From the NCBI GenBank assembly GCA_963924565.1, contig OZ004610.1:12214001-12278000 (forward strand): DNA of 64,000 nucleotides. Reading direction: 5' to 3'. The translations under genes were made by a program, and so were the position numbers. Numbering within the stretch: the stretch's first letter is position 1; each line of letters starts with the position of its first letter. Below are positions 38,691-50,952 of this stretch, piece after piece. The notes below the pieces were generated by a model, which was not told the DNA's origin, made no database searches, and saw nothing but the letters and a program-made list of their open reading frames with translations. This DNA is from Ascidiella aspersa. Its lineage: Eukaryota.

Positions 38691-40033
38691 CGACGTAAGT
38701 CTTTTACGGGCTAAATCGGCAGGCGATTTGGCCCATAGATTTGATCAAGCCCGCGGCGCTGCGGCAACAGAAACCTCTTTCTAGGCTATTTTTCAGCCTT
38801 TGTTAAACGGTCAACATGTAAACTGACCTTTTGCGGCTGAGGCCAACCCGAAGCAATCCTCGCCTTGGTCGAAAATAGACTGACGCCTCACTTCACGCAC
38901 AACAACATGCAGTCTTAAGGCGATTAACGGTTCTGCTTGTTATTGAGTAAGTTTTGCACGAGGGACATCTATACCAGAGGCATCCCTTCTCAAGAATATT
39001 CATAAGGCAGCATTACGATGCCTTTTTCATAAGCTGTTTAATCTTGTGAAAAATCTCGAGTGGTACAAGTGCAAGCCTATTGATCGTTTAGCAGAAAATG
39101 GAATGAAACGAAATAGCACACTACAACTTCAAACGCAGCCAAATGCGTAAGACGACATGATACAAGTTTTGTCGATTATGCAAATACAAGATTAAGTAAA
39201 ACGGAATGTTAGATATGAATAAAAGTTTTGTTAATTTTTTCATTTTTTTTATTATTTGTTATTATTTATTCTTACGAGCAAAGTTCGTGAAGCCAAATAA
39301 TATATTTGCGTTGATTTGTTCACATCTTAGCGTTTATGGGCAGTCAAGGCACAGGTTTCCGTGAGAATGTGATATTAGTTGTTGTGTCGCAAAAAGCTTG
39401 CCTAACATCAATTAGGGATCAACGGCAAGGTAAAGACAGTTTTGCACAGGAAGCGGGTCATTGTTCTTCGCATACCTTGCACAATCGCGTCCACAAGGCC
39501 CCAGCTGGTCCATCAGTCGTCATTTTCTTCGCAGCAAATATCGCGTCACACCGGTCTCTTTCATTAATTTCATTCATGCCTAAACTAGGACTGGAAGTGA
39601 CGAAGTGCACGGGGTGCGCTTGACAAAGCGTTAAAGGATACATTAATTCTTCTAGGTGAGGGCTGAGGGGATATGTTGCTGTTTGGCGACCAGACAATAT
39701 TGGAAGGTGATTGATGTTAAACCCCGGGCAAAGGTGCCCATGTAACTTCAGGCAGCTTTGCCCGTACACGCTTTTTTCTTGCAAGGCGGGCGCCACCTTT
39801 TGCATCTACTAACCATTGCAATAAACACGTTTGGCCTTGCTCAATGATGGGGGATTAAAACAATCCTATTAAACGTATAGCTTGGATGATAAAATTAGCA
39901 GCTTACATACAAATATTATCACCTAAGCGAAGACAACTGTAGTTTGTCAAGTTTATTACATGTGGCGTAAACCATAAAAAATTGGGCAACAAACGCTGCA
40001 CGTCTCTCTGTTATGAACCTTATTACCTTATAC

Positions 40034-40535
40034 CAGAGTTTCTTAACCTTTTTTACTTGGATGCGCACCTAGAGACGTATGAAAACGTGGCGGCGCACCT
40101 TGCGAGCGAAGCAAGCGCAAAATTTTTGAGTTGTTCCGGTATTTCTCTGAAATTGCCAGCAATTTTTTTAAGGGACTCCAGCCTTAAGACTGAAAACGTT
40201 ATTTTGTCATTTAAATCTTATTCCGATTAATTTTGAACTTATTTCGACAAGTTTAGGTCTTATCTGGACTATTTTAGATCGTATTCTGCCGTGGTTATTA
40301 CTGCGAATTTGGCGTTATTATGTCGGTGGTCATAGGCCTACTTATGGTAGCCTAATATAGATTAATTATCTGTTTAAATATTGTTGCTTTGTAGGTCCTA
40401 TTGCATTTTCTACTTGAAAGGCTTGTGAAATCAATGAGCTAAGCTTAAAAGGAACGTAAAAAAGATATGTTTTATATAATAGTGTCTTTACATTATTTTT
40501 CCTTTTGCTCGCGGCGCACAGGTTGAGAAACGCTG
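40034..40535. mobile_element. Non-autonomous hAT (Charlie/Buster-like) MITE, 502 bp
   Basis: Left TIR CAGAGTTTCTTAACCT; right TIR reverse complement CAGCGTTTCTCAACCT (14/16). Perfect 8-bp TSD CCTTATAC at 40026-40033 and 40536-40543. Subterminal GCGCAC motifs at both ends and an AT-rich interior. Confidence 0.88.
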
Positions 40536-43027
40536 CCTTATACAGAAGAAAAGGGCGGCGCAAAAGCAGGCAAAAAGTTTAAAGCTGTTTCGGCGACTGA
40601 AAGATATTGATGGACGACTTGTGCGAGAAGGGGCGTAATAAATAACGAATTCCAGATACCTTCTACATTATTTACAGCAACAAAGATGCGATGCCCCGTT
40701 TCAGAAGTCTATTTTTGGACTTGTCGGCTCAATGTGAGCTAAAAATTTGCAAGTTAGAAGGCCGCTCGTTATTTACATCTCTTTTTGTGCATTTTTTTTG
40801 ACGACCGGTGTTTACAAGTAGAGAAGGTCCGAAGGTCAGTGGTACCCGAGAAAGTTACAACTTAAATTCTAGACAAAGGTCAATCTCTGAAGTGTTTGCT
40901 TTTATTTTCTGAGCGACCGAGTTGCTTAAACCAAAGGCGAAGCTGCTTTTTCCACCACAGTGTACACATTTCGACCTTAAAAATGTACTATTTTAAAACA
41001 GATAAATAAAGGCTTGTGTAAAATATACGGCTTATTCATAGTACCATCGAGTTTCAGAAATCCATTTATTCTTTTTGAAGTTAACACAGTACATGGTGGC
41101 ATTCAATTTTAAAGAAGCGACATCTCTGACCGTTTTGGCCCTTAATTGTTGTGATGAATTCATCATGAAATTCAGGCAAAGCGAAAACGTTCCTCCGTGA
41201 CTCGATTTTCGGCGATTACAAGGAAAAGAAATGTTCTTGCAGCTGCATCGCGCCGCGGCTTTGCCGCAATTTGTCGTGGCAACAATCAGAAGTCCATCAT
41301 CGCCTGGTTAGAAAACAAACCAGTGCTGCGAACTGCTCCATGCGCAAAGAAAGGTAAAGGTCGATGAGCGTTGGTATTCCGGCAAATGTCTTTTCCGACC
41401 TTTTCTGTGCAAGTTTTGCGATATTTTTTGCCGGCTAAAATCTGTTTTGCTAATTTCGTTCAGAGATAACGCGACGAGGTCCATGAAGGCAACGAAAAAG
41501 GGTTCGACCGTTAATGGACACCGAGAAGTATATGGTGTTATGCAAGCGAGCTGGGTTACGTAACAGATTATTTTTTTCCTGGGGTTCGAAAATTCCAAAG
41601 CGAAAGTTTACATCACTGTCCAAAACGGCGAGAAAAAAACACAAAGGCTGTGGCCTGTGGGGTGCATTTCACGTTTGGGTGAAGGGAGGCACAAACCGTC
41701 GAGGCGTCGACGACTGATGACTGGGATTCGGCCTGGCGTAATTACCCTTTTCAGTGGAGATAATCTGTTTAACGTTTCAACGGGACGCGGTGAAAAGTGA
41801 ATATCGAGTGATGGGCTTGGCCAGTCCTGAAAGGCTTCGGGTTGCCGCGCGCCCAAGTCTGATCAATACGAACCCAAGTTAACACAACACACACAACCAA
41901 AACTTCGCCCACCTGTTGATTTGCAGCAAAAGGGGCCAGTAAGTCCCGGGCTCGGGCACAAAAGAGGGCGAACAAAGCAGCGAAATTGGGTCGTTTTCAA
42001 TGAAGGACTCGGGTGGCGTGATTTCGCCACCTACACAGCAACACGGCATTCGCTTATCCCTATTTGGCATGAAAAAGCACCTTTTTACCCATAAAGTCGT
42101 CATATGTTGATTTAGTTTGGCGGAGTTTTTTACATTGCGACTTTGTCAACCGAAGAAAAGTGAAACAAGAGATTTGAGGTTATCATAAAAATGGAAGAAA
42201 CGTTCATATGAACTTACCAAAAACGGAAAGCGCGCACCAGCAAAGACAAACTAACTAGGAAATTGTGGCAAACTGCATCAACATTAAGCTGATAAAACGC
42301 GGTAATGCACGATTTTATATATTATGGGAAAAATTAAAGGGAAAGGGTTTGTTTCAAGCGTTTAAATGCCAGTGTCGTGGGCATGCGGCGTACCATAGGT
42401 GCACATACAGGAAATGACAGGGTGTTTAAACCTTTCAAGCCCAATTTCCATCATGCATGCATAATGCATTCATTGCACGCGCAGGAATAACGTGTTGCAA
42501 ATGTAATGCACGTGGGCTGCAAAGACGGCCTGCACAAATGTCAAAATGCGCATTGCTTAACTTGCAATTGTTATCCAAACGAAAACATTTTTATATCAGT
42601 CAATATAATTCAGCAGGCATTTTCAATCACAGTTTTACATTCGTTGAAGGGCCTTGCTAAAAATACATTTTCATCGAGGCCACTGCAGTTCAAAACACGC
42701 GTAATGCAGTAATTTTAAAACTAAAGAAAACACAAGAAATAAATTATTCACGTAATCGCGCCACAGACTGGGGCCTATTTTGGGAGCACGTATGTTGTTG
42801 TTGTTATCGTTTTTCGAGCACGTTTGGTCCGACACGAGGCCGGCGAGTTTCACACGCGCATCGTGCAGAAGGCGGATTGAAAACACTGTAAAGGAGGCTG
42901 CGGCAATCTTCTGCAGCGAGCAATCTAGGTCGTGTTGTGATGAACAAGACGCTGGCGAGTGAGGACAAGCGGCGGCATTCAGTCGAAATCAAGCAGCAGT
43001 GACACGCTGGAGGAAAAAGGAGTCGCT

Positions 43028-43068
43028 GGAAGAGAGAGAAAGAGAGAGAGAAAAGGGGAGGGAGAGAG
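43028..43068. repeat. 41-nt pure purine (GA-rich) tract
   Basis: GGAAGAGAGAGAAAGAGAGAGAGAAAAGGGGAGGGAGAGAG, preceded by a second 14-nt purine run at 43009-43022. Confidence 0.9.
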
Positions 43069-46000
43069 CGGCGCAAGCAGGAGGAGAGGTCTCGAATTAC
43101 ACTGGCTTCCTTGATTGCTCCAAAACAATCCAGGCCCGCTGGCGCAGCTCTAGTACGGCGAGGCTCGGCCAAAGTTGGTAAACACGCGAGTAGCGGGGTC
43201 GACCGGCCGGCAACCGGGTTTCTGCTGCAAAGCGCTGCAAACTGGGCGAGTTCACGCGAACTTTGCGATCACAGCGGAGCCCAACGCGCTCTCTTGGTGG
43301 CGTACGAACCCAAACACTGGGTAATTTGGGGTTGGAGTGGGGAGAACTTAATGATCCCCACTCACTTGTCGAGTTGGGGTTACAAAAGACGACCCTGGTT
43401 CTTCTCGAGGTTTAAAAAGCCAGACGCCGTGTAATTGAGGCGGTTTAAATTTACATACACGTTTTAAATTTGTCTGTTTCCTTCATAAGCTCTTATAAAC
43501 AGAAAAAAAAAACTTTAGAGAGAGTCTTTTTAAGCCACAGGCTTCTTTGGGATCATAGCCGTGAACGTTATTTCGCAAAACACCTACGAAAACAACAATT
43601 TACATACAGCGAAGTCCCCCCGCCACCAGCTGAAACTTTAAATAAACTCGCTATTGACATCCATAAATTTTCAACGCTCTATGCGAGCAATGCGTTAAAA
43701 GTCCCTCGAGACACGGTACTTAATATCCTTCGTACGAAGAGCAGCGGCTTTTTAATTTTTTCTCGCGGTCCGAAATTCAATCGGCGAAACGAGCGAGAAA
43801 ATAAAATTCCCGTCGTTGGCAGCGAGGCGTTGCAGCGCGAGCAAACAAACGCAACCCGCGTGCAGTGATCCGGGGACACCTCTCCGCCAAGGGGAAGACA
43901 CAACAGCGCGTGTCGGGCTTCAACGATGGAAGAAGAAGGACTGGTGGATTTAAGGAGGTTAACCTTTCGCTCGCCAAACGTTGCCGGGTAATTGTATCGT
44001 AATGGCGAATCGGGCTTTGTCCCGCGGGCTTTAAGTCGCCAATCGCCCAAATCCGAGCCGCTCAGGGTTTAGCCAGAAACGTCAGCCCCTGGCTGAACGA
44101 CGGACGAATGCCGCCGCCGCTTGGTCTGCCACTGGTGCACGGTCTCCTGCAGACTTGAGAAGTCGCGTATGTTGCTGGTGCTTTACCTCCGTGCGTGTGT
44201 AAAATGCGATCTCTACATTTGGTTCAGAAAAGTATGATATTGCCTTTCGTGTTATGGAAAGCGATCGTTTTCAATGGACAAACTGGGGAGATAACAAAAC
44301 CGTTTATCACAACTAAGAAACCAAGAGAATTGTCCCGTCTTAAATTAGAGAGTCCAGGTTTACCGAAAAAATAAACCTTTGTATTAAGCTTTAATTCAGC
44401 ACGCGCGCGGAACGGCCAATCGTTTGAAAAAAATGACTTCGGCATAAACAAACAAGAGACACTCGTCAGTCACAATAACGTCCCGAAGCGCACTTGACCA
44501 GGAGTCAAGTTACGCGCGGAGTCTTAAGCGGGATTGCCGTGTCAGCAGAAGGTGCCAATCCCGGTTTTGTCTTGTAACAACACAGCTCGCGTTCCATTGT
44601 CGCGTAGGATGGGCGCCTGCTTATTGCCTTAAGCCAAAAATTGCGGCGCGAGCGGACCGGGAAAGATTAGCGTGCTGACTGCCGGGCCGCCGATTTAGGC
44701 TCTCGGACAAAAAAACGAATTTCGGAGAACAGTCAAATTACATGGCCAAGACGCTGCCGCTGACAAACGGGATTTTAGCGTCCGTCGACTTGCGACTGCC
44801 GGGAGAGCCGCGTAATTGACAAATGCGCGCTTTTAAAACGGTGGAACACTTTCTGTTTACGGGGATTTCGCGATCGCCGGCAGCCAACTGTATACTTACG
44901 GCGTCACGTGGCGGTTGCCCTAAGGACAAGGTCGCCTGCTGAAATTTAATGTACTGAGTGGCGGCCCGATAAAGACCCCGCCCACCCCTCGCCGGCGTGC
45001 AAGATACGCAAGTGGCTTTCTGAAGAGGCCACACCCAGGCTAAAGCAGCCACTGATGTAAGTGATGCCATTGGACGAAGCGTGTGTGACCAAACCCCTCG
45101 TGTGACAACCGTCCGTATGTCATACGAAAGTGTTCTTTAAGCGTTAGTTTATTAAAAGTTACTCTACTACACAAACGGGTATGTCTAGTTCGCCTACGAA
45201 GGCTGCAAGTTAGTCATGGTTAATAATATAATTCCTCCGTTAATATGCATCATGTCAAAACACCTAAATTGGCAATTAGCTATGTCTTTAAATAGTCACA
45301 GATCCTTTTTATAGGTAAACATCTCAACACGTGAGTTAAGTTCTTAGGTGGCCGGTTGCGACTGTCTTGGGGCAAGAAAGGATGAATAGCGTCAGCTTTT
45401 TTGGAGTTGCGAGGCATAATGAGCCGAATGCCAGCTTCGATCTGCTCGGATTCGGAACGAAATATCACCTGTCAGTCAGCCAGAAAAGGAAGGCCGCAAT
45501 ACCTAAAAGCCGGCCGGTCCGGGAAAACGTCGGGTTTGACAGTTGAAGCAAGAAGCCGAAAGGTCAACCGAATGCTACCCATCCTATAAGAATGGAGTCG
45601 TAAGTAAGCATATTGGGTCGATGAGCGGGTTGACGGGTAATGCCTTTAATGTCCAATATGAAAACAAAACATTAAAGCGTGGATGTTTTTTGTTTTTTTT
45701 TAGACTGCCAGGATCTCATTTATTACTTTATATTACCCATCAAAAATTAAATATTTGCCTCCTATTTAAAATTTCTGATACGCAGACGAAAGTAGAAAAA
45801 CGGTGCTTCAAAAGTCATATAAAAAAAATCCGATGTCATCTGCAATTAGAATTTAAATACTAATATTTTGAAAATTGTCGCAAATGCAACAGGGTAAGGA
45901 CTGAAAAATAAATGTTTTCGACCAGAGTAGTCCCAGCAGCAACAACTGAGTTTCTTAACACCATATTTCAGTCGCACTTAGTTTCGTACGTACACGCAAA

Positions 46001-49000
46001 TAGGTTAACAACATTCCATTTATCGTCAACACATAAAACGAAAAGAAGTCGCACCACATACCAGGTAGACTGCTTACGTAAGCTCATATATCTTAGTAAA
46101 AACATGTTCGCTTTCTTGTCGACACAAGACGGCCCGAAGTGTAAATTGAATACGCAACCGCGATGCTAAACCCATAGGAATCTGCAGAGCGGTGTGTTGA
46201 TGTTCTACAAGCTGCAAACAAACACTCTGACGAAGACATTATTTATCGACCAATCCCAAACTACTGGGGCGGTGATATCGTTCATCACAATCGTGTAAAC
46301 ACCGAGCGAGTCTGGTGACAACAAGGATATCTCAAACACTTGTTCCGTGGCAATCTGAATAAAATAACATTATGAGGACAGAATGGTTGCATTATTAGTT
46401 ACAGCCCCATCGCAGTGCAAAGCTATTAACATGTAGACTGTAGTAGAGCCTACACGCTGTTAACGAATAGCGAAGAAATCGCACAGTGCAATAAAAACAA
46501 ATTCGCAAAATGTGCCCAAGGAATTGTCGCTGGATCCATTAGGTACCTTGTGTTGATATTAAAGCTGTTTCAATGTTCAAGTTTCGTGCCAAAGCCTAAC
46601 AAAGAAGGGCTGTTCATTTTCGATCGAATCGGTCAGCCGCAACGGCGCGGGCACACACACAACCCACTCATGCGCGAGAACACTCACGGGCGCGTTTAGC
46701 CTCTCTCCCAACCCAAAATCCGCTGACAGCGCGCTTTATAATGACAATCGAACGGCGTCGCCTTCTATTCATCCTCGCCGAACAAAGGGCCCAGCTGATT
46801 ACCGGCGTAGAATTCTGCGTCGCGAAATCGCGCGGCCGAGCCTGGGCAAGGCGCGGAGCCGGACGCCGCGCTTTTTCACGCTGGTCAAAAGCGTGGGTGT
46901 TGTTTGCCGCAGTGCAGACTGGCCAGCGAAGGGCCGCTGCAGCGCACGCCAAGATCCGATGTTACATCTCTTGAGAAGCGCGCATTTTTCTCTTTATTAT
47001 TTCAGCTGTTTAATCGAACTGGACTCGAAACGGGTCGCGGCGCAGTAAAAGGGGAAGGCGGGCCGTTAAAATCGGCTCTTATGCAACGCTGGATTGTTCA
47101 GGTGGAAATTTATAACCTATGCTGGCATATATAACCGACTAATAAAAATCAGACGTTATAGGACATAGTATGGCTGAAATATCAATATGAACAGCTTAAC
47201 AAATACAGCACACAGAGGTCGGGCAGCCTTTCTCCTGTTTTTCACTGGCTTAAAAAAAACCTCCGGGCGATTAGATCTGCGTCGAGACCTTTCGTCCAAG
47301 CGATAACGCGGTGGCACGCATCAGCAGCGCCCCGGCCACGGTTTGTGGTGACAAAAGAGCGCCGCTGGCGCGCAAAACAAACCGAGAAACTAGACCCAGT
47401 TTTCGAGCTCCCCCGACAAAGGACGGGCACCTGTCGACCGGGAGCGGAGATATTGAGAAAACGGCTTGCAAAACAAATCACTCGCTCACCTCTCGCGTGG
47501 CTCCTGCTACGGTCGATAGGGAGAATCGCCAGTCGAACTTAAACCCAGCGAATTCCTTTCGGCTGCGACGCTAACCGGAAGCGGTGTCAAGGGCTTGCCT
47601 GAAAAACGAAAAAAATGGCTGTTTCTAAATGGCTGCGCTTCTTTTAACAGAAAAAAAAACCTTAGGTCATAGTTAGCTGTTGTAAAGTAGCGAGAAGATT
47701 TTATGGCGCGTAACAACTTTTATATTGGCTGTAATGAAATCCAAATAGTTACTGTTCACCAGTAACACTTTTTGCGCCCCACATACGTTTTTCGAAAACC
47801 CAATAGCTGTGGGAAAAATTGGAAAAATCGATATAACCAAGGTTTGTCCTTGAACATATTTAGATAGGCCGAATGAAACACGGGATCAGCCGTTACGATT
47901 TTTAAGACGGCAGACGAACTCTACTGCCACCGTGTGATGTAAGTGAGATGCAAGTAGCAGTGCTTCGCCAGATAAGGTTGAAAATGATAAGGGTAAAGTG
48001 TTGAAAACCTATGAGCAAGTTTTTAAGAGTTCTGTAGAGGATAAACTTAAGTCAAATTTACAACAAATAGCCATAACCACACCGTTCGAAATAATTAGAT
48101 ATCTGCCAACCCACTATCACTGTTATGAACCGAAACCTTTGCTGAGGTGAAAAGTCATTTTGTGGTTTGCCTTTATCTGGATCAAGAATTGCAGTTTTCG
48201 AATTTTACAAATATGGCATGTGACAAAGCGTTGCTATTACGTTGGGCCACGCGATTAGACCCGAACAAGCAGAGGGGGCATGGGAAAGCGAATAATTTGA
48301 CGCTGTGTCTATACTCTAAATCTATGAGTATTCCTTTTAACATGCGGTTATAACTGTGTAATGGTTTCCCTGGGTTCCTTATGTGAAGTTCTTTTCCACA
48401 TAGAGAATGGGTTGCGTTTCAACACAGATAGACCCCAATACCGTAACAAATCAATCGCGTTCGAATTGCCAACTGAAAGACCGTTTTGGTGGAACGTATC
48501 CAGCGGCAACCACGAAAGCAAGGGGACACAGGTTGGCACACAGGGGGCGTGGTGCGTGTTTGCAAACACTATAGATACGCGGGTTGGTTAGGCACACGCA
48601 ACAGAGTATAGGCTTAAGCGATCTTTCGTCGGCGAGGCGGAACAAAAGAGAGGGACAATCATGGCGCAGCCAGGACGACTGAAAGGCTATCGATCAGGAC
48701 GAGCCCTGCTATTTGCCGAGCCGGGTCCGGGTTAAAAATAGACGATCCGAGCAAACACGGACGTTTTGAAAAAGCACCGCGCAGGGGAACAGATGGGTCG
48801 TCGCGCCCGCCCAATGCATTAACGTGGCGAAGTGGATGCGACCGCGATCGACTCGACCCTTGGCCTTTTACGTGTACACGTCTCACGACCCACTGCATAC
48901 CGGCCGGTGAGCCGGTGTGTACAGAACTGTGGCCTCGCGCTCGCAACAAGGTGGCAAGTTTGCCAGCAGTCCACTCGACTGTTTGCGCAGCGATTAATGC

Positions 49001-49760
49001 CCAAACCGACCGCACGCGATCCGGGCCCGAGTTCACGCGTGAGGTTAAACTTCGGACCCGAATAAAGTCAAGACAACACGAGGGGCCCGCTTCAACAACT
49101 GTTAGGCCATCGTTAAGCGATTGGGGTTTTCAGCAATGGGGACTGGGGAGGCCCTTCTCGGTTGCGACAGACTTATGAAACTAGAGAGTACATATACAGA
49201 CAATGTTATACATTTAAGAAAACGCCGGTTGGTTTTATACGGCTTTAATTCGATAATTACGTGGTAATATCTAAATGAAAACAAGACAGGTGGAATTGTA
49301 CATTTATTTACCCAAAATTTCGGTTTTCGAAGAGTGGCTGTTAAAAATGAGCTTTTCGTACGGATCCGCTTTTTGTTATTTACGGCCTTCCTCTGACCCC
49401 CGGCGTTTTCGGCGAGTTCGAGTTTTCCCAGCGGCGCAGTAAGCACGACAGCTCTTATTTCACGTGACGTTCCTATAGAGGCTCAACCGTGGCCTGCGGT
49501 CGAATTCGCAGCGGGGCTATTCTGATACACTTCCAGTTAAATCAGAGATGAGAAATCAATCGCGCAGTTGGACGGCGTTCTATTTGGAAGAGGACGCTAA
49601 AAAAGCAAGTTCCCGGGGGAGCAGACGTTGACATTTGAAGGCGTACCGTGGATGCCGCTGTTTTGGCAGGTTGGAAGGACCAATATGATAACGCGCAGTT
49701 ATTTTTGATACACGCTCAAGCAAATGCGTGCAGTGATTTGGGACAGCGGCGTGTGTGTAC

Positions 49761-49770
49761 GCGCATGCGC
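49761..49770. promoter_or_regulatory. Candidate NRF1 site
   Basis: Perfect GCGCATGCGC palindrome at the end of a 22-nt alternating R/Y tract (49749-49770). Confidence 0.4.
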
Positions 49771-50515
49771 TTGTTTCCGCGACAACTGAATGCGCCAATA
49801 GCAAACGTTGCATAGATTTTGCACAACATTTTACGTTTGTCCCATGTGAGTGATTTAAAAAAAAATCCTTTCAATTTTCTTCCCATGTCACTCGTTAAGG
49901 CTGATACTAAATTTAAAACCGACCCTTGATCTTAACCTTTATTACCGACACGGCATTTTGTGTTCAGCCGACAAACGAGGTGACTGAGAATGATGAGGTG
50001 CCCGGACGTTGCCGGGGTATGCTGTTCCCACCGCGAGTCATCCAGGCCGTAAATCCGCCGGTCCCGTATCAACAAATGGCAATGGCTCAACAGCGCTCCT
50101 GACGTCAATCGCGCACATTTACGATCGCAGTTTATCTTGCAATGAAGGAATGACGTCACCCCGTAAAGCAACAGATGACCTTTGCGTTCACAAGTCGAAG
50201 CGCATTCCATATTCGTTTTGGACCTAAAAATTCTCTTGGGTAATGCAGGCAAACGGCCACTTGTTTACAAGTTGTAACGAACGCGTTAAGGTTCAACGTG
50301 CCGCAAATTAACGGCCACTAATCGGACAGCAACCTTAAACAAATAGAAGGGCAAGCTTGTGTTGGCAAATCAAGCAAACATGACATTCGAAAAAGGTCGT
50401 AAACGCGTGAAAATGCCTTGTCACATTACGACAGAGGGTGTTGGGAGGATCTCTGTAAAATAAAAGCACGCTGCCGACCCACGAACAAACAAAACACGTA
50501 CCTTAGCGAGAAAAA

Positions 50516-50952
50516 AAGTATTGTAGTAACAATTTTTAAAGACTGTACCTGACTTAAGTCTTTGGGCAGCATAAATTGACTTGAATAAGGTATTTTGAGA
50601 AAATAACTTGATCGGCACTGTGCCTGTGAGGGAAGGATTTTTTAGGTAAAGTTGAGTTATATTTCTCAAATTTTCACGTTAACGGGTTTCTTGCTATATG
50701 TTACGTTTTTATATGTTTGCTATTACAAAAATGATTTAAAAATTTGTCCAAAGGATTTGGACAAATTTCCCAGTTATAATTGGTTAACATTTGATTTTGA
50801 TGTCAATAACTTGTCTAGGTTTGACAATAAGTCGGGACTAGGGCTTGATTTGGCAAATGATAACTTAAAACTGGAGAAGAAACTAGACTTTTTTACTTTG
50901 CAAAGACTTGACTAAGGTTAATCTATTTCAAAATAACTTGTTTAGAGCACTA
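50516..50952 (-). mobile_element. Old dispersed repeat (MITE-like, CAAGTC subterminal repeats), copy B
   Basis: Inverted, diverged copy of ~2373-2779 (see the aligned blocks there). Many GACTT(G) motifs and an AT-rich interior. Left boundary approximate. Confidence 0.65.

Noticed and set aside
42465-42511. Annotation as miR-33
   Set aside because: Only 14/21 identity with a seed mismatch, the hairpin is too short, and no SREBP host-gene exons are visible. Kept only as a low-interest lead.
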